From a virus: a stretch of 64,000 bases of DNA. The translations under genes and the position numbers were made by a program. Shown here in pieces: positions 56,799-64,000 of the stretch (position 1 is its first letter; each line of letters starts with the position of its first letter). The stretch covers positions 79,657 through 143,656 of IMG/VR virus record IMGVR_UViG_3300025536_000010, one strand, 5' to 3'. Under the pieces are notes generated by a model. The model was not told the origin of the DNA and did not search any database. It worked only from the letters and a program-made list of their open reading frames with translations.

Positions 56799-57729
56799 AT
56801 GGCTGAACCACAACAGCCAACGAAGCTACCCCCTGGCGGATGACGCCAGCGGCCTCGACGACAGCGGGGACTTCGAGCTTCCTGACGACTTCATCGTCGA
56901 ACTGGACCTGCCGGTCCACGCCGGCATGGACGTAGACCCGGCGCGCTTCTTCATCAAACACATCGGGGCCTACTCGACCGGCTACGCTGTCATCGTCGGC
57001 TACCAACCCTCTGCCGGTGACGCTATCACAGTTGCCTCCGCCCTGATTCCGCGCCAGACGCACGCACGCAACACGGCCTACGCCCTGGGCGGCATCGAGC
57101 CCTTTGACGACACCGTGGGCAAGCTCGTCATCGGCAAGCTCGACAACATCGACGAGCAGCCACCAGGCTACTGGAACTTCTCGCTGGAGAACGCCAGACT
57201 GGAACCCGACGCTGTCCGGCCGATCATTCGCGGTGTCTCCAGCGTCGTCTGCGTCAACGGCGACCAACGCTCGCTGCCGCTGCGTGGTGTGCTCGAACTC
57301 CAGGCCGGGCAGAACATGCAAATCATCCCGATCCTAGTGAGCGGGCAAGACCCAATCATTCGTTTCAACGCCATCGACGGCGAGGGTACAATCGACGAGT
57401 GCGTCTGCGAGGGCGACGCGGCTCCCACGGACCCGATCAAGCGCATCAACGGCGTCGCCCCGACGCCTACCGGCGACTTCAACATCATCGGCACGGACTG
57501 CCTCCAGATCGAAGTGATCGCCAACGGTATTCGCCTGGTCGATAAATGCTCGGCCCCGTGTTGCGACTGCAAAGACCTGGAACGCATCACCCGCGACCTG
57601 GAACGCCTCAACAGTCAGGCCGCAACCGTCAACGACTTCGTCGAACGCCTCCGAGACTCGGTCAACACGTTCGACCTGATCGTCCTCGGGTCCAAACTGG
57701 GCGACCGCGGCTGCGTCACCTGCGAATAG
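56773..57729 (+). CDS. Cys-rich tail protein, paralogue 1
   Basis: EWLNHNSQRSYP; IKRINGVAP; CSAPCCDC. Confidence 0.6.
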   Translation: MPLGHWNVEWLNHNSQRSYPLADDASGLDDSGDFELPDDFIVELDLPVHAGMDVDPARFFIKHIGAYSTGYAVIVGYQPSAGDAITVASALIPRQTHARNTAYALGGIEPFDDTVGKLVIGKLDNIDEQPPGYWNFSLENARLEPDAVRPIIRGVSSVVCVNGDQRSLPLRGVLELQAGQNMQIIPILVSGQDPIIRFNAIDGEGTIDECVCEGDAAPTDPIKRINGVAPTPTGDFNIIGTDCLQIEVIANGIRLVDKCSAPCCDCKDLERITRDLERLNSQAATVNDFVERLRDSVNTFDLIVLGSKLGDRGCVTCE

Positions 57730-57738
57730 GAGGCCAAG

Positions 57739-59292
57739 ATGTCGCACCCCTTCGGCCGCCAACCTATCGGCCCCAACCAGCCGCCCGGCGGCGGTACAAA
57801 CTATCCGTTTGTTGCGCCCGAGGACGATGTGCGCCAACTCCTCGGCGACTTCTACCTGTCTTACGAGGACGACACCTGCGCCTTCGCGCTACCGCTGCGC
57901 GTCACCTGGCTCTACGGCTTCGGCGACAACGTCGTGGCTGCGCCGTCTGGTACGCCCACGCCGGTCCACGCCCAAGACCTGGTCGTCAAAGACGCTGAGG
58001 GCGTTACGGTCTTCGACTCGACCCAAGCGGTCGATTTCAAGACGACGGTCTGGGGCGGGCGCCTGCTGGTACTGGAGTGGACCACGGAGACACAGGTCTG
58101 CCGCTGCACTGTCCACACCGCCTGGGACGCCGAGGATACGCCGCTGACCTACGACAACCACATCGTCCCGGAGAACGGCGAACTCGACGCCCGGACCTAC
58201 AACCGTCTGCCCGGCCGTGTAAAAGCGTTTCGAGTCGGCCTCCAGACGATCACCGGCAACGTCCAGTTCGACGCCGGTTTCAACATGGCTATCGCCGGCA
58301 GCAGCACGCCGCGCACGGATGGCACGTTGTTCGTCGACCGCGTCGACATGGACGCCGTCCCCGGCGCCGGGCTCGGTCGCCAACCAGGCTGCGAGGAAGC
58401 CGAGGTCGTCACGCGGCTCATTAACGCAATCGGCCCCGACAAGGGCGGCAACTTCATAATCGAACTGGATGAGTGCTACCGCGGGCAGCTAGCCGCTTTC
58501 GCCCAGGATACCGAAGACGGGCGCACCGCCGAGTACGGCGCTGACATCTACACGGACGAAGAGGCCAAAAGCGCACTGAGAATCTTCAACGACTGCCAAC
58601 CGTGCTGCCCCTGCGATTACTACGTCCGCACCTACAAGGGCCTCAAGCGCGTCTGGGACAAGTGGAAAACGGCCGGCGTGGCCGCCGAAGAGGTCCGCGA
58701 CCTCTACAAGGACAACGTCAACCGCTGGGAGGAACAGCGGCAATGCCGCATTGAGCACCCGGCACGACTGGTCGTCAGCGCCGACAAGCAGTGCCGTGTG
58801 TTCGTGGGTGGCACCTACTGTAACTTCTCGAAATGCTGTCTGCGGGACATCGAGTTCCGTTTCACGTTCGAGTGGATACGCAACGGGCAAACAGAACCCG
58901 AGCCGGTCCATGACCTGCGCGTGTTCGATTCTTTTGTGAACGCCAGTTACACCGAAGGGGAGGAGCCGATCACGCCGCTGGTGACTGCCTCAACCGTCCG
59001 TTTCCTGATCGACTACGCGGACCCGCAGGCGATCACCCTGGTCAAGTTCCGGGTCTGCATCACCTGCGAGCGCGGCGACACGCTCAAGGTGTGGTTCAGT
59101 GTCCACGTCCCTGACCCTGGCCTGGACGCAGCCGGCGAGCCGTGCGAGTTGCCAGTGATAGAGATCCCGGCGCACCTGATCGAGATCTGGCTGAACGACG
59201 GGTTGCCGGAGCCCGAGCCAGCACGGGCGCTCGTAGTGAAGCTCGCACCGCTCGACCCAGTCAACCCGGTTTCCAGCTGCGTCGTTTGCTAA
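57739..59292 (+). CDS. Cys-rich tail protein, paralogue 2
   Basis: TNYPF; RLINAIGP; CQPCCPC. Confidence 0.6.
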   Translation: MSHPFGRQPIGPNQPPGGGTNYPFVAPEDDVRQLLGDFYLSYEDDTCAFALPLRVTWLYGFGDNVVAAPSGTPTPVHAQDLVVKDAEGVTVFDSTQAVDFKTTVWGGRLLVLEWTTETQVCRCTVHTAWDAEDTPLTYDNHIVPENGELDARTYNRLPGRVKAFRVGLQTITGNVQFDAGFNMAIAGSSTPRTDGTLFVDRVDMDAVPGAGLGRQPGCEEAEVVTRLINAIGPDKGGNFIIELDECYRGQLAAFAQDTEDGRTAEYGADIYTDEEAKSALRIFNDCQPCCPCDYYVRTYKGLKRVWDKWKTAGVAAEEVRDLYKDNVNRWEEQRQCRIEHPARLVVSADKQCRVFVGGTYCNFSKCCLRDIEFRFTFEWIRNGQTEPEPVHDLRVFDSFVNASYTEGEEPITPLVTASTVRFLIDYADPQAITLVKFRVCITCERGDTLKVWFSVHVPDPGLDAAGEPCELPVIEIPAHLIEIWLNDGLPEPEPARALVVKLAPLDPVNPVSSCVVC

Positions 59293-59302
59293 GGAGGCGT
59301 CG

Positions 59303-61000
59303 GTGCCGATTCGTAACCTACACTGGACCAACCGCAACGACGGGATCAAATACCCCGTCGACGATCAGGCAACGGCCCTGGACGATGCCGGTGCGCTCCT
59401 GCCTTCGGAGATTCTCGCGGACTTGTTCCTACGCTGGCCGAAGCACCTCGGCGACTACGCTTTCCTGTCGTCGGTCAGTGTCACGCGCTCCTTGGTCACC
59501 GTCACGATCCAGGCGGCCCGCACGCTCGACGACGAGGATTTCACCCCGCTGGCCGTGCTGTCTGTCACCAAGCCGGTCCAGGACGGCCGCGTCTACGCGC
59601 TCCAGCCGCAGGTCCAAGGCGTCGGCGGCTGGGTCGTTTTCGGCCGCGGCGTCCAATTCGATCCAACAGACGGTCTGGTCTACCGTGGTCGTTTCTCCTC
59701 ACCACGGCAAAGTCGCCTGGCGCCGCGCGCGGCTCGGCCTTACCGTGGCTTGCCCGTTCACAGCGCCCAGGTCCAAAACGCGGCCACCAGGCTAACAGGC
59801 GTAGTCCTGCTGCGCGGCGTCCTACCCGTGCGCGTGGTCAAAGAGGAGCGGACGATTGACGGCGTACTGCGCGACTGCATCGTCATCCGCCTGGTCGACG
59901 TGGCCGGCGTCGACGGTTTTGCCGTACCGGCGGCAGCCCGCGAGATCTCCGGCTTCAAAGAAGCCAGTTCTTTTCAGGAGTTCGCCGGCCCCTGCGCCAA
60001 CCGGCCCGAGTCTGGTACTTGCGGCACGCCGGAACCTATCGAGTTCGTCAACGCCGTGGCCCCTGACTGCAACGGCGTCCTCACCCTGGAGTTCCGCGGC
60101 TGCGCCGCCGTAGCCCAGGTCTTGGGGACGTGCGGCATTATCGTAGACTGCGACCTGGGCCTGGCCCGAGCCTGCTTGCCGCCCTATATCCCCAGCAGCG
60201 ACGGCAAACTGCCCAGTGAATACGACCCCATTGTTGTCGAACCGCCCATCGACCCGCCGCCACCGGACCCAGAGCCCGGCGCGTCGGAGTCGTTGGTGGT
60301 ACTGGGCGAATTGCCTTATATCGACTGCTTCCACGACGGCGTGGCCGATGACTTCGTGAACAAGTATGGCCTGTGGCAGCTGGTCGAGGACGACAGTCCC
60401 GCGACCATGTGTGACGACGAATCGGTGCCTGTGTCTGAGTCCCTATCGGCGTCGACATCCGCGTCGGTCGGTAGTGAGCGCATCTTGCAAAGCCTGGAGG
60501 CGTACACGACAGCCAGCCGCAACATCACGGTCTGGGAGGGCTTTGACGACAGCACGGTCTACCGGCGGATCATGACCGACGTGAAACTGGCCCTCGGCCC
60601 GGCTGGGTCCAAAACCAACGCCGGCATCGTCCTCAACTACCGGCAGGCGTCGCCAAGCAGCACGGCCTACCTGTACCACCTGGTCGAGATCGACTACGAG
60701 ACACAGGAGTTCCGCATTGTTCGCTTCAACGGCACTAACACTGTGCCAGTAGTCCCGGTGTCGGTGCCAGGTATCCACCCGGACGCCTGGTATCGGATCG
60801 ACGTCAACGTCGTGCCTGGGGCGACGCCGGGGCAGATCACGATCACGGCGCAGCTGACGTCCATCTCCGAGCCCGGCCTTATCGACGTCACGCTCAGCGT
60901 GACCGTCAACGATTACGGGACGACGCAGGGTCGGTTCGGTTTCCACACCAACCGCGCCCTGGCTCGGTTCAGCTACTTCTACTTGCGGGAGTTTCCGTAA
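59303..61000 (+). CDS. Cys-rich tail protein, paralogue 3, with a C-terminal beta-sandwich (lectin-like) region
   Basis: HWTNRNDGIKYP; EFVNAVAP; AGIVLNY...WYRIDV...GRFGF. Confidence 0.6.
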   Translation: MPIRNLHWTNRNDGIKYPVDDQATALDDAGALLPSEILADLFLRWPKHLGDYAFLSSVSVTRSLVTVTIQAARTLDDEDFTPLAVLSVTKPVQDGRVYALQPQVQGVGGWVVFGRGVQFDPTDGLVYRGRFSSPRQSRLAPRAARPYRGLPVHSAQVQNAATRLTGVVLLRGVLPVRVVKEERTIDGVLRDCIVIRLVDVAGVDGFAVPAAAREISGFKEASSFQEFAGPCANRPESGTCGTPEPIEFVNAVAPDCNGVLTLEFRGCAAVAQVLGTCGIIVDCDLGLARACLPPYIPSSDGKLPSEYDPIVVEPPIDPPPPDPEPGASESLVVLGELPYIDCFHDGVADDFVNKYGLWQLVEDDSPATMCDDESVPVSESLSASTSASVGSERILQSLEAYTTASRNITVWEGFDDSTVYRRIMTDVKLALGPAGSKTNAGIVLNYRQASPSSTAYLYHLVEIDYETQEFRIVRFNGTNTVPVVPVSVPGIHPDAWYRIDVNVVPGATPGQITITAQLTSISEPGLIDVTLSVTVNDYGTTQGRFGFHTNRALARFSYFYLREFP

Positions 61001-61839
61001 TGGCCCAGATCCTGTTCCCAGAATGGCGCAGGCAGAACGAGCCGACCAAGTATCCGCTGGCGGAACAGGCCACCATGACCGCCCTGGACGGTCGTGTGCT
61101 AGTCGAAGGTACGTTCCTGGACGCCGCCCTGTACCCTATCGGAGCCAAAGCCGGCGTCTACCTGGCAGCCGTCACGCTCGATCACCAGAACGCTGTCATG
61201 GAACTGGGCGACCCGTTCGACAAAGCCCTGGCCTCGGCCACCTTCTCCTTGGTTGACCCGCCGGACGAGGTCGTCTTCGTCGACCGTTACGGCAGGCCGG
61301 CAGGCGTTATCGTCAGTGAGTCGACCCGGCTGGGCATCTTTCAGTCCTGGGGCGTCGGCCGGCACGAGTTCGCTCAGGAAGGCTCCGAGTTTGCTGCCAC
61401 CTGCGTTATACCCACACCAGAGGTCGGCGTGCGCGGCTTCCTCCTGGAGACGGGCGAGTTGTTCGTAGGGGACGTGTGGCTGGTAGGCAGCGACGGCGTC
61501 GTCTTGCGCACCACGAACATCTCGGTGCCGGCCAGCTGCGGGCAACCGGAGCGCACCGTCCGAGCCATCCGCGTCGACATCGTCGGCGACCCACTATTTC
61601 GCCGCCGGCTGTGTCAGCCGAACGACCTGTTCGACACGCCACGGTTCGTACGCACGGTGCGCGTCGTCGGCCCCAACTACACCTTCGAGTGTCCGCCGGA
61701 CGCCGCCGGCAACCTCATGTTGGCCGCTGGCAACGGCCTGGCGGCAGACACGGTATTGCGGATCGCTGTTACCCCCAACGGGCTCAAGATCGGCTCGGTC
61801 GGCGAGTCGCAGAGTACCGAGAACGTGAACGCCTTCTAA
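61000..61839 (+). CDS. Tail protein, paralogue 4
   Basis: EWRRQNEPTKYP; TAATG coupling. Confidence 0.6.
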   Translation: MAQILFPEWRRQNEPTKYPLAEQATMTALDGRVLVEGTFLDAALYPIGAKAGVYLAAVTLDHQNAVMELGDPFDKALASATFSLVDPPDEVVFVDRYGRPAGVIVSESTRLGIFQSWGVGRHEFAQEGSEFAATCVIPTPEVGVRGFLLETGELFVGDVWLVGSDGVVLRTTNISVPASCGQPERTVRAIRVDIVGDPLFRRRLCQPNDLFDTPRFVRTVRVVGPNYTFECPPDAAGNLMLAAGNGLAADTVLRIAVTPNGLKIGSVGESQSTENVNAF

Positions 61840-61853
61840 AAAGTGGTTTATAG

Positions 61854-62846
61854 ATGTCCGAGAACTTCTACAACCTGAACGCCAACCGCTGCTACCCCTT
61901 CGTACTTCGCACAACGGGGCGCCCGGAGGACGGGCCGAGCACGCTGCTGAACCTGGCCCACGCCTGCGTGGTCGACGCCGGCTTCGTCCTCGCGGCCAAA
62001 AGTGGTTTCGCGTCGGGCGACCACACCGTCTACCTCAACCAGGTCCGGCGGCATGGCAGCACTTTCTATTTCGACTTCGCCTCGGACGCGCCTGAACTGT
62101 TCGAGGTGCCTTTGACGTTCACCCGCAACGTCGCCGATCCCGACTACACCCTCAGCTTTACAGACTCGGGCGAGGTCGGGCTGTCTGAGTCGAGCGCATC
62201 GGGTAGTATGAGCCTGGGCGACGAATGTCTCGAACCGCTCTGGTCTGGTTTCCTGGTTTCGGGCAAGATGAGTGCCCTAGCACTGCTGCTGCCCGTGAAC
62301 GGTACGATCACGAGGGGCGCCGGCGGTGCCGTCGTCGAACCGGCCTTGCTCCAGAACCTCGCTGGGACGTATGTCACGCGAGTCGGCCTGGCCAATGACG
62401 ACCGCACCAGGGCGGACGCTCCCGAGGACTGCCCGGACATCGTGTTCCCTTACCCGACCGGGGTCATCCACATCCACACGAACTGCGTGGTGGGCGATCT
62501 GGTGTTCGTGGCAGGGGTCAACGCCGAAGTCCGGCAGAGTGACACGGACAACGCTATCAGCTTTGGGGCCTCAGTCGGGGCCGGGGCGGGGCAGCCGTGC
62601 GACACCGTGGCCAGGTTCCCAGGGGAAGTGCCGCCCGAAGGCAGCAACCTCCTGGAAGGTGGGCTCCGCTGCAACGAGGTGTTGCGGTCGATCAACGGGA
62701 TCGGTGGTCGGCAGTTCAACCTGATTGCCGGCCTGGGGGCCACCATTGCCTCGGTGCCCGAGGAGAACAAGGTCGTCGTCGACCTCAACATGTTCGGCCT
62801 CGTGACGTGCTTCGACTCGATCTCCGAGGTATCGGAGAGTTGCTAG
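61854..62846 (+). CDS. Tail protein, paralogue 5
   Basis: NFYNLNANRCYP; LRSINGIG. Confidence 0.6.
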   Translation: MSENFYNLNANRCYPFVLRTTGRPEDGPSTLLNLAHACVVDAGFVLAAKSGFASGDHTVYLNQVRRHGSTFYFDFASDAPELFEVPLTFTRNVADPDYTLSFTDSGEVGLSESSASGSMSLGDECLEPLWSGFLVSGKMSALALLLPVNGTITRGAGGAVVEPALLQNLAGTYVTRVGLANDDRTRADAPEDCPDIVFPYPTGVIHIHTNCVVGDLVFVAGVNAEVRQSDTDNAISFGASVGAGAGQPCDTVARFPGEVPPEGSNLLEGGLRCNEVLRSINGIGGRQFNLIAGLGATIASVPEENKVVVDLNMFGLVTCFDSISEVSESC

Positions 62847-62856
62847 GAGGCCACGG

Positions 62857-64000
62857 ATGGCAGACCACCCGGCGTTCGACCCCACCAAATGCGACGTGGA
62901 GCCGGTCGAGCGGATTCCCTGCGAAGACCTGCTCGTCGATCCGCGCGTGCCGGACCCGCCGAAAGAGATCCCGGACTGCCCAGCGACCGAGATCGAGAAG
63001 CTGCCGCCGGACCCGCCCTGCCCGGAGTTGAACGTCAAACGGCACCCGGATTTCCCGTCGCCGCAAGTGCCGGCGTACATGGACCACGACATCTGCGAAA
63101 CGCCCAAGTTAAACTTCAAAATCGAGAAGGTCGGCTGCTGCGACTTTGATTTTGTCATCGACCTGTGCATCCCTTGCCCGGACCTGGAACCGCTCTACCC
63201 GTTCATTAAGGGCGTGCCTTTCACGTTCAGCGAGTCGACGCTGACCTACGGCTTCATCCGCAAGCCAAACTGCGACTTCGAGTTCAGGATCGACCTGGAG
63301 ATCCACTGTCCGTTTATCGGCCCGCTCGGGTTCGCCGTGAACAAGGGGGTACGTTACGGCCCGGCGCTGCTGACGTACAGCTTCTCCAAAACGGGAGCTT
63401 GCGATTATTTCCTGAACATCGACGTCTCCGTGCCTTGCCCGGCCGTTGGACCTATTTTTCCTGGCGAAGTGACGCCCATTCCTTTCAACGGCGTCAGCAC
63501 GCTCGGCTTCCTCGTCTACTGGTTCAATCGCGGCGTAAACTGCAACTACGATCTGGACATTTTTGCGGCAGCGCCGTGCCCGCCTATTGGCCCAAACGAG
63601 CCGCTGACCAAGCTGATCCCGTACAGCAAGCAGCAGACGATCCGCTACTACATGAGGCGTGCGCAAAACCCGGACGGCTCGCCGAAGTGCGAGTACGAAC
63701 TCATCATCGACGCCCGCATCAAGTGCCCGCGCATCGAGCCGATCAACCTCAAGACGGTGCCGCTGACCCAGGTAAACACTGCGCCCAAGCTGCGCTACAT
63801 CTTCCTGAAAAACGAGACGACCTGCGAATACGAACTGGTTATCCAGGGCGAATACCACTGCCCGAAGATGCTGCCAGACATCGCGGCGCCGCAGGTGCGG
63901 CCGATCCCGTTCGGAGCGGTGCAGCAGATCGTCTACTTCTTCCGCAAGCAAGGCATCTGCGACTACTTCCTGGACATCAACGCCAACATTATCTGCCCGC
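62857..64000 (+). CDS. Cys/Pro-rich repeat protein, 3'-truncated by the window (putative fibre); absent from the supplied ORF track
   Basis: GGAGG RBS and ATG 62857; frame open to the window end by my manual translation; seven C-x11-CP repeats. Confidence 0.75.
   Translation, partial: MADHPAFDPTKCDVEPVERIPCEDLLVDPRVPDPPKEIPDCPATEIEKLPPDPPCPELNVKRHPDFPSPQVPAYMDHDICETPKLNFKIEKVGCCDFDFVIDLCIPCPDLEPLYPFIKGVPFTFSESTLTYGFIRKPNCDFEFRIDLEIHCPFIGPLGFAVNKGVRYGPALLTYSFSKTGACDYFLNIDVSVPCPAVGPIFPGEVTPIPFNGVSTLGFLVYWFNRGVNCNYDLDIFAAAPCPPIGPNEPLTKLIPYSKQQTIRYYMRRAQNPDGSPKCEYELIIDARIKCPRIEPINLKTVPLTQVNTAPKLRYIFLKNETTCEYELVIQGEYHCPKMLPDIAAPQVRPIPFGAVQQIVYFFRKQGICDYFLDINANIICP

Noticed and set aside
2099..61853. 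18-bp motif as a CRISPR repeat, attC site or late promoter
   Set aside because: Copies are degenerate, kilobases apart, in both orientations and some lie inside CDSs; kept only as a binding-site hypothesis.
1..64000. Many long minus-strand and alternate-frame ORFs (e.g. 2061-3962, 5192-6907, 16543-18651, 26466-28475)
   Set aside because: Shadow ORFs expected from high GC3. They fully overlap coherent + strand genes and lack RBSs or protein-like composition.
1..64000. Terminase, portal, integrase, lysin, tRNA, intron/intein, DGR or stop-codon reassignment
   Set aside because: No recognisable motifs by eye. Genes end at TAA, TAG and TGA with tight packing under the standard code.

Overview
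This is a 64-kb, high-GC segment of a large myovirus-type (contractile-tailed, probably jumbo) bacteriophage. Essentially all genes are on the + strand and form the virion morphogenesis region. The head module (about 1-16 kb) has putative internal/ejection proteins, a prohead protease, scaffold, decoration protein and major capsid protein. It is followed by a Gln-rich collagen fibre, a neck protein, a small accessory island (RelE-like toxin, ParB-like protein), head completion and tail terminator, sheath, tube, spike/hub, a tail chaperone pair with a likely -1 frameshift, a 2024-aa tape measure and baseplate genes with an embedded sigma factor. The window ends in a tandem array of Cys-rich tail paralogues. 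Secreted Tyr/Gln-rich proteins and CxxCH cytochrome-like proteins suggest a Planctomycetota host (inference). The most notable items are: (1) a four-gene cassette inside the baseplate operon encoding a cysteine-switch MMP-type zymogen, two exported c-type haem proteins and a secreted protein; (2) an 18-bp quasi-palindromic site present at least 10 times in both orientations; (3) CsrA-type CANGGA(TG) motifs on many translation starts; (4) a K-x-A motif enriched in head proteins, a candidate protease site; (5) a new-looking C-x11-CP repeat protein. I saw no terminase, portal, integrase, tRNA or CRISPR array. All functional calls come from motif recognition and synteny; no database searches were run.
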